Source of the DNA: Corynebacterium glutamicum ATCC 13032
GTDB lineage: Bacteria > Actinomycetota > Actinomycetes > Mycobacteriales > Mycobacteriaceae
Length of the DNA stretch: 32,000 nt
Direction: 5' to 3'
Assembly: GCF_000011325.1 (NCBI RefSeq)
Contig: NC_003450.3
Span: 2,370,001 to 2,402,000 of the forward strand
A program made the translations under genes and the position numbers. The notes under the pieces were generated by a model. That model saw only the letters and a list, made by a program, of their open reading frames with translations, made no database searches and had not been told where the DNA came from. Positions 1 to 8,696 of the stretch are shown piece after piece; the first letter of the stretch is position 1; each line of letters opens with the position of its first letter.

Positions 1-523
1 GACCATTCTCGGCATCTATTTGAGCCTGATCATAATCCAAACGCGCCCGGGATTTCACCAACCCGCGACGCACCTTGGTGGCTGTGACTTCGCCACGTTC
101 ATCTAGATCAATCGACCACACAACCGCTGGTCTCGTTTGTCCCTCCAGCAGGCTTGCCGCATCTTCGGATAATTCCTCAGGGTGCAGTCGCGCTGGGGAA
201 TCCGGCAGATAAATAGTCTGCCCGCGGTGAAGGGAAATCTTTTCCAATTCACTGCCCGGCTCCACGAAGGCTGCGACATCTGCAATCGCGTAATGCACCC
301 GAAATCCGCTGTCGATCTCCTCAATCAGCACAGCTTGATCGAGGTCTCTGGAACCTACGGGATCGATGGTGACAAAGGGCATGTGCAGGAGATCTTCCCG
401 CTCTTGCGCATACCTATCGACACTTGACGCGGCTTCGTCGTGGATATGAGGGTCAAAACCTCGCTCCACACCGAACTCTTGTGCCACTGGTTCAAAGTCG
501 AGGACTGCTGCATAGAGCTTCAT
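1..523 (-). CDS. RNB-domain (RNase II/R-like) exoribonuclease, N-terminal part; the gene continues past the left window edge
   Basis: Absent from the ORF track because it runs off the edge. Manual minus-strand translation gives an open frame: MKLYAAVLDFEPVAQEFGVERGFDPHIHDEAASSVDRYAQEREDLLHMPFVTIDPVGSRDLDQAVLIEEIDSGFRVHYAIADVAAFVEPGSELEKISLHRGQTIYLPDSPARLHPEELSEDAASLLEGQTRPAVVWSIDLDERGEV... This carries RNB-core-like motifs (FVTIDP..S.DLDQA, HYAIADVA, GQTIYLP....LHP). A further in-frame ATG lies at 631. I prefer 523 because 601-631 belongs to the repeated non-coding element. Confidence 0.8.
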   Translation of the reverse strand, partial: MKLYAAVLDFEPVAQEFGVERGFDPHIHDEAASSVDRYAQEREDLLHMPFVTIDPVGSRDLDQAVLIEEIDSGFRVHYAIADVAAFVEPGSELEKISLHRGQTIYLPDSPARLHPEELSEDAASLLEGQTRPAVVWSIDLDERGEVTATKVRRGLVKSRARLDYDQAQIDAENG

Positions 524-600
524 GCGCTCCCATTGTTCCACAGCGGAAAAGTATATGCAGGGGTGTTGAGTTTCCTTGGGCACAGAAGGGTCGAGGTTCC

Positions 601-835
601 CCAGATAGGTCTTGGTATGGGTCGAGCTCATTTAGCCCGTTAAAAGCGATTCTGAGAGGGTTCCATTTTGGGACTGGTGGGGCAAATGTGATTTCTGCAG
701 GTTTACTGATCAAGGACTCACCACATTCCCGTGGTCAGACCTTCAAATCGAACATATTTTTGCAGTCAAATGACCCAAACTTGCAAAAATCCACGACAAT
801 CGGCCAAGTCAAGGCGATTTGTGGTGTATATTCGC
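601..835 (+). repeat. Copy A of a ~240-bp non-coding element; copy B is at 20044-20283 in the same orientation
   Basis: Hand alignment gives roughly 70 percent identity over ~235 bp. Two blocks are exact: tcaaatcgaacatatttttgca (743-764 = 20187-20208) and gacccaaacttgcaaaaa (772-789 = 20216-20233). Further shared blocks are gattctgagag, ctgatcaag.actcaccaca and ttggtatgg. No ORF is conserved between the copies. Confidence 0.85.
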
Positions 836-916
836 ACATTCATTCCACTCCCGGCAAGCCCAAGGATGAGCATTCCATCCCCCAGCAACCAGAGCGCCAA
901 AAACACAAATAAAAAG

Positions 917-1332
<416 letters not shown>

Positions 1333-1359
1333 ACGTTTTACTTTACACCTCGAGGGTGG

Positions 1360-1390
1360 AAAAACTTAAAAACTCCGGCGAGCTTCGCCG
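1360..1390 (-). terminator. Candidate intrinsic terminator after the RNase H/phosphatase gene, just upstream of rnpB
   Basis: On the minus strand there is a stem cggcga/tcgccg (1376-1381 with 1385-1390) and a 3-nt loop, followed by gag-ttttt-aag-ttttt. The stem is short, so confidence is modest. Confidence 0.4.
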
Positions 1391-1409
1391 AGCTTCCGTC
1401 AGACTGTCG

Positions 1410-2558
1410 TCACGCTTCCAGGTGTGAGGTGTCGTTGAACAGTCTTACGCAGGTTGGGCCGTCTTCGTAAAACTCTGCGATCGACAGCGACGCCAAGTCA
1501 AGGTGTGCCTTCTGAAAGAAGGATGGGCCTGCGTCCAATGCTTGCCTCATGATGGCTTTGATTGGGGTGACGTGGCTGACCACCAAAACATTCGCTGCAC
1601 CGTATTCGCGTTGGAGGCTTTCACGAGCCTTTTTCACACGTCGATTAACCGTCTGCAGGGACTCACCACCGGGTGGGGCTACAGATGAGTCAGTGAGCCA
1701 CTTGGTGTGCAGTTCTGGATCTTGTTCGTGGGCTTCTGAAAATGATTTTCCATCCCACAGTCCAAAGTCAGTTTCGATGAGATCATCGATAACACGTACT
1801 TTCATTCCCAGTGCGGCCGCTGCTGCTTCTGCGGTTTGCATCGTGCGGGTGAGCGGAGAACTCACAATAGCGTCGATGCCACCGGTTTGAGCGAGTCGTC
1901 GTGCTGCCGCTGCTGCTTGTTTTTCACCAAGTTCAGACAGCTCTGGGTTGGACCTACCGGAGTAAAGGCGTGCCACTGACATAGCAGTTTGGCCGTGGCG
2001 AAGCAACAAGAAACGAGTGGGATCTGTGGTTGCGCCGTTCCAGTTGGTGGGTTTGGTTTCGGTGCAGTTGAGGTCTTCTTTCTCTGAGCCCGCAACCGAA
2101 GAAGCAGAAGATACAGAAGCAGAATCCCCTACAACACCTACCGGCTTACCTGCCGCTGCAGCATCCATCGCCACGTTGGACAATGCGTCAGCTCGTTTGT
2201 TTTTCTCACGCGGAATCCACGTATAAGAAACGGACCCGATTTCGGAAGCAATCTCCTTGGCTTCGATCGCTAGAACTTTCATGTCGGGGTGTTTGATTTT
2301 CCACCGGCCGGACATTTGTTCAACGACAAGTTTGGAGTCCATGTAGACATCCACGGAGGTAGCGCCGAGCTCGCGGGCTGCTTTGAGGCCTTCGAGTAGT
2401 CCGCGGTATTCGGCGACGTTGTTGGTGGCTTTTGTTCCGACAACATAGGCGATTTCTTTGAGAACTTCTGCTTTGTTGTCGGAGTACACCACGGTGCCGG
2501 AGCCGGCGACGCCGGGGTTTCCGCGGGAGCCGCCGTCGGCCTCGATGACTAATTTCAC
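1410..2558 (-). CDS. Bifunctional RNase H / histidine-phosphatase (CobC/acid-phosphatase-like) protein
   Basis: 382-aa ORF. The N-terminal ~130 aa is RNase HI-like (ADGGSRGNPG..., NNVAEYRGLLEGL, KLVVEQM, REKNKRADALSN). A Ser/Ala-rich linker follows. The C-terminal part is phosphoglycerate-mutase-family (LLLRHGQT...SPL.RT..TA). The architecture matches the mycobacterial Rv2228c type. GTG start. Confidence 0.9.
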   Translation of the reverse strand: MKLVIEADGGSRGNPGVAGSGTVVYSDNKAEVLKEIAYVVGTKATNNVAEYRGLLEGLKAARELGATSVDVYMDSKLVVEQMSGRWKIKHPDMKVLAIEAKEIASEIGSVSYTWIPREKNKRADALSNVAMDAAAAGKPVGVVGDSASVSSASSVAGSEKEDLNCTETKPTNWNGATTDPTRFLLLRHGQTAMSVARLYSGRSNPELSELGEKQAAAAARRLAQTGGIDAIVSSPLTRTMQTAEAAAAALGMKVRVIDDLIETDFGLWDGKSFSEAHEQDPELHTKWLTDSSVAPPGGESLQTVNRRVKKARESLQREYGAANVLVVSHVTPIKAIMRQALDAGPSFFQKAHLDLASLSIAEFYEDGPTCVRLFNDTSHLEA

Positions 2559-2570
2559 TGGGTGGTCTTT

Positions 2571-3290
2571 CTAAGAGATGTCAGTGATGAGGTAAGAGCC
2601 ACATTCTGGGCACTGTGGAACCTCATCTTTGGGGGTGTTGCGGATGTCGGAGATACCGGTTGCAGGGAGAACCATGGCGCATCCGCTGCAGGAGCGGCCG
2701 TTGAAGAGTGCTGCGCCTACGCCGTTTTCGAGGCGTTGTGCATGGAATTCTGCCAGTGCTTCGGAGGGAAGTTTCTCTTCCAGGTGTGCGATGACTACTG
2801 CTGGGTCTTCACCTTCTGGGGTTGCTGCTGCGGCGGCTTCTGCGGCTGCGCGGGCGTCGGCAACTTTGCGTTCGGTGTCTTTGACGCGAGACTGTGCGAG
2901 GTCGCGGTTGTTGCGCAGCGCATGGATTTCATTGTGAGCTTCTTGCAGTTCGCTCATGAGGTCAGCGATGCGGGACTTCGCAGTGTAGACGTCGTGGTTG
3001 AGGTCGCGGCGACGCTCTTCGTCAGTTTCTGCACCGAGTGCGTCCTGGCCGTCTTTCTTGCGGCGGCGCAGTTTGCGTTCGTCGGACTGAATGCGCAGGA
3101 TTTCGTTTTCCATGTCATCGACAGCCATTTGTGCAGCGGATGCAGCGTCGCGGTTGCGGGAAAGTTCAGCGACAGCCTTGTCTACAGCTTCCTGCTCCGG
3201 GGTGGTCTTCGGTGCGGAGTTGGCGTTTTGGGTGCGCAGGGTGGTGGCGAGCTGCAGCAGGGTTTTGTGCAGAGATGGGTCCAGCTTCAT
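2571..3290 (-). CDS. Coiled-coil protein with C-terminal C4 zinc ribbon (DUF164/Rv2229c-type)
   Basis: 239-aa ORF with a long charged helical region and the C-terminal pattern CSGC...(20 aa)...CPECGSY. AAGGAG Shine-Dalgarno sequence 7 nt upstream of the ATG. Syntenic between the Nif3 and RNase H genes, as in other Corynebacteriales. Confidence 0.85.
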   Translation of the reverse strand: MKLDPSLHKTLLQLATTLRTQNANSAPKTTPEQEAVDKAVAELSRNRDAASAAQMAVDDMENEILRIQSDERKLRRRKKDGQDALGAETDEERRRDLNHDVYTAKSRIADLMSELQEAHNEIHALRNNRDLAQSRVKDTERKVADARAAAEAAAAATPEGEDPAVVIAHLEEKLPSEALAEFHAQRLENGVGAALFNGRSCSGCAMVLPATGISDIRNTPKDEVPQCPECGSYLITDIS

Positions 3291-3320
3291 TGAAGTTCTC
3301 CTTTTTTAGTTCTCAAGAAT

Positions 3321-4463
3321 TTAGTTCACTGCTCGCGCAGACATGGTCCAGGGGTCTGTGCGGATCGAAATCACATCAACTTCAACCTGTGGGGCTTTGT
3401 CCTGCAAAATTTCTTGGGCTTGGGAAGTCCATGGAAATTCGCTGGCCCAGTGTGCAGTATCGATTACTGCAGGGCCACCTTCTCGGAGATATTCATCAAC
3501 TGGATGGTGGCGCAGATCAGAAGTGACATAAACGTCCACTCCGAGCTTAATCACATCGTTTAAGAAACTGTCACCCGACCCTGATGAAACCGCCACACGG
3601 GACACCATTTGTTCAGGATCGCCGGTAGCGCGCACGCCCCATTCGGTGACAGGCAGGTTGTTGGCCACTTGTTGCACGAAATCCGCGAGGCGCATCGGCT
3701 CCGGCAATTCACCCACACGACCCAATCCGGTCGCATTTTCTAAACTCTCAGCGCTGTGCATTTCAACAATATCGAAGGCAGGCTCCTCATACGGATGAGC
3801 CTCCCGCAGCACCGACGTGAGCCGGGCGCGCAGGTTGCGCGGTGCAACAAACTCGATGCGCAGCTCAAGGGATTTAAAAAGCTTATCGACGTCCCCCTCT
3901 GCCGGATTCGCCCCCTCCACGGGCCTAAACTGCCCGGTTCCTTCGATCTCAAAGGCACACTCTCGGTAGTCGCCGATCGCACCGGCACCTGCGTCGAAAA
4001 GCATCTTCTTTAGGTACGCTGCATCCTTGGGCAGAACGTGCACGCCCCATTTGTCCATGCCGCCTAAAAGCCGTGTCGCGATGGGTCGCCCGGCCGTGAT
4101 GCCGACGAGCTCGGCGAGTTTATCGTTGACACCTGGGCGCGCGGAATCCGCATTAGTGTGCGCGGAAAACAGTGCCACCCCGCCGCGAATTAGGGTGTGA
4201 ATGACCTTGCCTTTTGGCTCATCCGCAGCAACAGACGTCACCCCACGCAGCAGCAATGGGTGGTGAATGATCAGCATGTCCAAACCCATGTCCACAGCCT
4301 TGTCGGCCACTGCCTGGGTGCAATCGAGTGCTAAACCGACACGCTTCACCGACTCTGTTGGATCACCGCAGATCAGCCCCACTTTGTCCCAGCTTTCCGC
4401 CAACGCCGGCGGATAAGCCTCATCCAAAATGCGGCGAATATCGCCAACGGTTACATCACTCAC
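3321..4463 (-). CDS. Nif3-family dinuclear-metal-centre protein (GTP cyclohydrolase 1 type 2 homologue)
   Basis: 380-aa ORF with Nif3 hallmarks (DKVGL..G, IIHHP.LLRG, SAHTN.D, and a C-terminal HW.SE). GTG start preceded by GGGGAG. Confidence 0.88.
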   Translation of the reverse strand: MSDVTVGDIRRILDEAYPPALAESWDKVGLICGDPTESVKRVGLALDCTQAVADKAVDMGLDMLIIHHPLLLRGVTSVAADEPKGKVIHTLIRGGVALFSAHTNADSARPGVNDKLAELVGITAGRPIATRLLGGMDKWGVHVLPKDAAYLKKMLFDAGAGAIGDYRECAFEIEGTGQFRPVEGANPAEGDVDKLFKSLELRIEFVAPRNLRARLTSVLREAHPYEEPAFDIVEMHSAESLENATGLGRVGELPEPMRLADFVQQVANNLPVTEWGVRATGDPEQMVSRVAVSSGSGDSFLNDVIKLGVDVYVTSDLRHHPVDEYLREGGPAVIDTAHWASEFPWTSQAQEILQDKAPQVEVDVISIRTDPWTMSARAVN

Positions 4464-4517
4464 GCATTAACTCCCCTGGTTGGTACCGCATGTTCGTTTC
4501 CCAAGTCTAGCCAAGCC

Positions 4518-5201
4518 TTGAAAAATTCTGGCAAGGTTAATGGTGTGACTACGCCTTCTAAGAAAACTCTGCTCTTTGATCTCGACGGAACCCTCGTCGA
4601 TTCTTTCCCCGGTATCCGCACTTCATTCCTTCACACCCTGCACGAAAAGAACTGGGAAATCCCCTCTGAGGAACGCATCTCGCAAGTTCCAGGACCTCCC
4701 ATGGAATGGACGTTCCAGGATTTGGGCATGACTCCAGAGCAGGCACAAGACGCTCTGCAGACCTACCTTGAGCATTACGGCCAGGTGGGTTGGGATCTTT
4801 CCGAAGCATTCCCCGGCATGCGAGATTTGCTGATCCGCTTGAAATACGAAGGTTTCCGTCTGTGCACCGCCACCTCCAAGGGCGAGTTCTTTGCGGAGAA
4901 GGTACTTCGCAAATTCGAGATGTTCGATCTCTTCGAATTCATGGGTGCCGCCACCGACAACGGCAACCGACGCAGCAAATCTGCCGTGATCAAACATGTC
5001 CTCGACAGCGTTGGGTTGGACGAACCAAATGATATTTTGATGATTGGTGATCGATCACACGATATTGAAGGTTCGAGTGAATTCGGCATCGATTGTGTTG
5101 CCGTAACCTGGGGCTACGGCAGCAAAACTGAATGGGACGCTGCCCGCTACACCGTGAGCACCGCAGAAGAATTAGAAAGGATCATCCATGACTGGGCCTA
5201 A
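4518..5201 (+). CDS. HAD-superfamily phosphatase (phosphoglycolate-phosphatase-like)
   Basis: HAD motif I is present as LLFDLDGTLVDS. Motif II is T.TSK, and motif III/IV is IGDRSHDI. The track start is TTG 4518; an in-frame GTG at 4545 is an equally plausible start. Confidence 0.85.
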   Translation: MKNSGKVNGVTTPSKKTLLFDLDGTLVDSFPGIRTSFLHTLHEKNWEIPSEERISQVPGPPMEWTFQDLGMTPEQAQDALQTYLEHYGQVGWDLSEAFPGMRDLLIRLKYEGFRLCTATSKGEFFAEKVLRKFEMFDLFEFMGAATDNGNRRSKSAVIKHVLDSVGLDEPNDILMIGDRSHDIEGSSEFGIDCVAVTWGYGSKTEWDAARYTVSTAEELERIIHDWA

Positions 5202-5688
5202 AACTTCGCTACCTGTGGAAATTGTTTTCGTATGCACCGGAAACATTTGCCGATCCCCCATGTCGGAAGTCATCGCGAAGGCAAAAGCGGAAGAAGCTGG
5301 CTTGGAAGACAACGTCATTTTCTCCTCCTGTGGCATGGGCAATTGGCACGTTGGCCAACCTGCTGACAAGCGAGCTCTCGCGGAACTGAAATCAGCCGGT
5401 TACAACGGCGACACCCACCGCGCAGCACAACTTGGTCCCGAGCACATGCGCGCAGATCTCTTCGTCGCGCTAGATTCCGGCCACGCCGGTGAGCTCGCCG
5501 CAACGGGTGTTCCCAACGACAAAATCCGCCTCATGCGTTCCTTCGACCCAGAGTCCAACCCCACCGACGATGTCGCAGACCCTTACTACGGCACATCCCA
5601 GGATTTCGTGCTCACCCGTGAAAACATCGAAGATGCTATGCCGGGCCTTTTGGAGTGGGTCAGAGATCACATCCGCACTGATTCTTAG
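5188..5688 (+). CDS. ptpA: Low-molecular-weight protein-tyrosine phosphatase
   Basis: 166-aa ORF with the P-loop VCTGNICRSP (CX5R-S) near the N-terminus and DPYYG near the C-terminus. Overlaps the end of the upstream HAD gene by 14 nt, consistent with an operon. Confidence 0.92.
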   Translation: MTGPKTSLPVEIVFVCTGNICRSPMSEVIAKAKAEEAGLEDNVIFSSCGMGNWHVGQPADKRALAELKSAGYNGDTHRAAQLGPEHMRADLFVALDSGHAGELAATGVPNDKIRLMRSFDPESNPTDDVADPYYGTSQDFVLTRENIEDAMPGLLEWVRDHIRTDS

Positions 5689-5722
5689 GTCTTTGAGCTA
5701 AAAAGTCCTAAGGTAGACAAGT

Positions 5723-6724
5723 GTGGACAGCAAGGTAAATAGCCCTTCCGGGCACGATAAGCATGACGTGAGCTCCCGCTATTCCGGAAATTCACGGTCA
5801 AGAACCAAACCAAAGGGTTGGAGAGCATTCCTCTCCCCCGGTTGGATTATCTCTGCCTTGCTCATCGTCTCCTTCTCCTACGCGGCAATTTCCATGCTGG
5901 CGCCATGGCAGCTCCACAAAGACGACGACATCGTCGCCCGCAACGAGCAGATCACCGAAGCCTTCGAGCGCGACGTCGTCCCATACGCGGAGCTTTTCGA
6001 CGCCTCCGGCCAGATTCCTTCATCGCAGGAGTTCTTCCGCGTGTCACTCACCGGACAGTATCTTCCAGACAGTGAGGTTTTGCTGCGCCTTCGCCCCGTC
6101 GACTCCGGCCCAGCATTCCAATCGTTAACCCCCTTCGAACTTGAAAACGGACAGATTGTCCTCGTCAACCGTGGTTACGAATCATCAGAGGGCACAATCG
6201 TCCCAGAGATCGAGCCTGCTCCTTCCACACCAGTAACCATCACCGGATTCGCCCGCAAGAACGAGGGCCTCCCAGGTTCTGCACCTATGGAAGACAGCGG
6301 CTACACCCAGGTCTACGGAATTAACACCGAACAGATCAGTGACGTCACCGGCCTTGATCTTGGCACCGACTACGTCCAGGTCGCAGAAGGCGAACCTGGT
6401 GTTTTGAACCCAATGCCACTGCCTCAAATGGACCGCGGTAACCACCTCTCATACGGCTTCCAGTGGATCGCCTTCGGCATCATGGCACCTTTAGGGCTTG
6501 GATACTTCATCTGGGCTGAAATGCGCGAACGACGCCGCGACAAAGCAGAACGCGAACAGATGGCCGAGCTAAACACTCTTGAACCAGTGGTGGAAACCCC
6601 TGAAGTTGTTGAAACTGCAGAACCAACCATCACCCCGGCTGCATCCAAACGACGTTCACGCTACGGCGATCAACACCGCAATCACTACGAGAAGATCTCC
6701 AAACGAGACCAAGAGCGCTTCTAA
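5723..6724 (+). CDS. surf1: SURF1-family cytochrome oxidase assembly protein
   Basis: 333-aa ORF with an N-terminal TM helix followed by WQL.K, then NRGY, then a C-terminal H.SYGFQWIAFG motif in a second TM helix. This is the typical SURF1 topology. The C-terminal tail is charged. Confidence 0.85.
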   Translation: MDSKVNSPSGHDKHDVSSRYSGNSRSRTKPKGWRAFLSPGWIISALLIVSFSYAAISMLAPWQLHKDDDIVARNEQITEAFERDVVPYAELFDASGQIPSSQEFFRVSLTGQYLPDSEVLLRLRPVDSGPAFQSLTPFELENGQIVLVNRGYESSEGTIVPEIEPAPSTPVTITGFARKNEGLPGSAPMEDSGYTQVYGINTEQISDVTGLDLGTDYVQVAEGEPGVLNPMPLPQMDRGNHLSYGFQWIAFGIMAPLGLGYFIWAEMRERRRDKAEREQMAELNTLEPVVETPEVVETAEPTITPAASKRRSRYGDQHRNHYEKISKRDQERF

Positions 6725-6739
6725 GCCCGTCTCATTTTT

Positions 6740-6777
6740 GCACCTGCCATTCCGTGAGGATATGGCAGGTGCTTTTT
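6740..6777 (+). terminator. Rho-independent terminator of surf1
   Basis: 11-bp perfect stem gcacctgccat (6740-6750) / atggcaggtgc (6762-6772), followed by TTTTT (6773-6777). Confidence 0.85.
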
Positions 6778-6975
6778 CATGCCACTATCTGGGGTTCTCG
6801 GTGTTAGATCTTCTGATAAAAACCCGATAGTTTTCTTGCGCTAGACACTAATTACGGCACCGCTTAAGCATGGTCGTGACACGTAAAACCTGACTTAGGC
6901 CATTTTGGTGTGGTGTAGATCATATTGACGTCCAGGCCTGTGAAAACAGGTCCTCCCAGGGCTGAAATGTCAGAC

Positions 6976-7845
6976 TAAGAGATTGTGCGGATAGGTTAAG
7001 GTCTGTGGCCCGGTCGGGTGTCCCAGCGGTAACTAGTCCAGGCCTGTTTGATAAGCCGACGCAGAATGATCACCGCGTTGGCTAAAGCGATAAACGCTTC
7101 CACGACCCGGGTACATCGTTCGGTGCAGATACTAAGTTTCTTAAAACCCCGGTTATGCCAAGAGTTAGTACGCTCCACCACCCACCGAGCCCCAGCCTGC
7201 AGCGGCTTACCTTTAGTGCTGATCACCCAGCTATAACCACGTTCGCTGAGTAGCCTGCGGGTTTTCTTCGAGTCATACCCAGCATCGAGATGCACCGTGA
7301 TCTGATCGGGAAGACAACCTCCAAACCGGCCGAGCGTGTCCAAGGTTGCAGCTAACAACGGTGAATCATGCCGATTGGCTCCGGCGACCACGCACCCGAT
7401 CGGGATTTTATGTCCATTAAGTTTTCTAGGTCTAACCCGATGAAACGGTCGTAGGACTCCAGACAGATCTGTTCTAAATTCTTAAATATCCCGGCAGTGA
7501 TCCACTCGTCTCGGCGGGTGCGTAGCGTGGTGGCTGAGCATGTGGAATCGAAAAATCTTGATATAGGAGGCACCGAGGACAAGCACTGCGATGAGTTTGT
7601 CGAAGATGATCCGGTCAGCAATGCGTGGACGGTGGCACCCTAGTGGGTGGGTGTTGATAACCGGTGGGATTAAGGCGGAGAACTGGCGCCAGAGGGGGTC
7701 GATGATAGATGATGAAAGGGCAGGCACGAGCGTTCCTGGATGATGATGAATTCTTGGTCGAATTCTTATGTACCAGGCCTCGTGCTTGTTCTATTTCATG
7801 ACCCCTGTGTTTTTCCTTTTATCCACCTATCCGCGCAATCTCTTA
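6976..7845 (-). mobile_element. Decayed IS5-family (IS427/IS1031-like group) insertion sequence with terminal inverted repeats
   Basis: The 20-bp terminal inverted repeats taagagattgtgcggatagg (6976-6995) and cctatccgcgcaatctctta (7826-7845) match at 19 of 20 positions. They bracket the three transposase ORF fragments. Total length is 870 bp. Confidence 0.85.
6996..7727 (-). pseudogene. IS5-family DDE transposase, disrupted by a 1-nt indel and an internal deletion
   Basis: The gene is split into three ORF-track fragments.
- 7482-7727 has the N-terminal pattern DPLWRQFSALIPP...HPLGCHRPRIADRIIFDKLIAVLVLGASY.
- 7352-7621 carries STCSATTLRTRRDEWITAGIF...GLDLENL.
- 6996-7391 carries AGANRHDSPLL...HLDAGYDS...VVERTNSWHN..FKKL.
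Removing one base from the A5 run at 7551-7555 restores GASYIKIFDSTCSATT. Between LDLENL and GHKIPIGCVVAGANRHDS, the ~30-aa segment expected to carry the first catalytic Asp is missing. Confidence 0.85.
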
Positions 7846-7890
7846 ATCGGGGACTCGTCGACCGCCTTCACGAAAGAGCTCATAGCTAAA

Positions 7891-8516
7891 ATGAATGAAG
7901 TGACTAACTCCGCCGAATCCACATCGTCTAAAAGGCCTGGGCGACCACGTAAAGACGGGCACGACGAGAAGATCATCGACGCAACTTTACGGCTCATCGA
8001 CAGCAATCGTCCCGTCACGGTCAATGCAGTTGTCAAAGAAAGCGGAGTGTCACGTGCAGCGGTTTATCGACGCTGGCCCGGGCTAGTGGATCTAGTAGCG
8101 GAAGCTTTAGATGCCGGGCGAGCTCCAGTTGAAATAGATACCTCAGGGGACATCAAAGAGACCTTGATTGATGGGCTGTTTACAAATCAGGCGAAAACCA
8201 CTGGAGTCTCCTATCCTCGTCAGCGATTTCGCAAACGGCTCGAGTTGGTGATGTCAGATCAAGAATTACAGCTCGCCTAATGGAATTCACATGTGAGGAG
8301 ACGTCGAGAAGCAAATATTCGCGCGCTGCAAGTCGTGCAAGAAAAAGGCCAAATCCGGGCGGATCTAGACATCGAGGCGTGCCTCGATGCAATCCTTGGG
8401 GTGTTTTATTACCAATCGGTCGCGCGTGGAGTAAATTTCACCGACCAAGGCACAATGCAACGATGCAACGATGCAGAGAAGCTTTCGAGGTGATCTGGCA
8501 TGGAATGGAACCTTAA
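7891..8516 (+). pseudogene. TetR-family transcriptional regulator, inactivated by an in-frame TAA and a terminal 8-bp duplication
   Basis: The N-terminal HTH is present (RPGRPRKDGHDEKIIDATLRLIDSNRPVTVNAVVKESGVSRAAVYRRWPG). ORFs 7768-8280 and 8293-8493 are in the same frame and are separated by TAA at 8278-8280. The C-terminal ligand-domain-like sequence (RALQVVQEKGQIRADLDIEACLDAILGVFYYQS) continues after the stop. The tandem atgcaacg-atgcaacg (8455-8470) shifts the last ~15 codons. The ATG 7891 start is my choice; the track start 7768 reads out of the IS end. Confidence 0.75.
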
Positions 8517-8640
8517 ATTCAGGTTCTGACGAGGTGCGAAGCAAGTTGTCGCGCGCCGCACCTCAGTATCCGGATCAACTTAATTTCGAAGTGCTGGGTT
8601 TTCTCATGCATACCCAATGCGTACCGATGTGCCCATGAGC

Positions 8641-8684
8641 GAAAAACAGGCCACGATAAGTTTCTTAAAACCTATCGTGGCCTG
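8641..8684 (-). terminator. Rho-independent terminator downstream of tRNA-Val
   Basis: 12-bp stem caggccacgata (8647-8658) / tatcgtggcctg (8673-8684), plus an inner 4-bp extension. On the minus strand it is followed by TTTTT (complement of 8642-8646). Confidence 0.75.
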
Positions 8685-8696
8685 CTTCTATATTTG

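Noticed and set aside
2562-3293. 243-aa plus-strand ORF exactly antisense to the Zn-ribbon gene
   Set aside because: Its composition is Cys/Phe/Val/Gly-rich and not protein-like, it has no Shine-Dalgarno sequence, and it mirrors a well-supported minus-strand gene. This is a typical shadow ORF.
6841-6900. Inverted similarity between 6841-6900 and 21101-21180 (shared ccgtaatta, ttaagc, ccat, acgt.tcac blocks)
   Set aside because: About 22 of 27 positions match, with gaps and a 20-nt insertion. By rough estimate this is within chance expectation for a 32-kb window on both strands. A statistical alignment would be needed.
7352-7727. Programmed ribosomal frameshifting as the explanation for the split transposase
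   Set aside because: The frame change needed at the homopolymer is +1/-2 rather than -1. A second lesion with loss of ~30 codons, including the expected first catalytic Asp region, is also present. Decay is more parsimonious.
7768-7890. N-terminal extension of the TetR ORF (MYQASCLFYFMTPVFF...)
   Set aside because: This part reads out of the IS element's terminal inverted repeat (7826-7845), so it is an artefact of the insertion. The TetR HTH begins shortly after ATG 7891.
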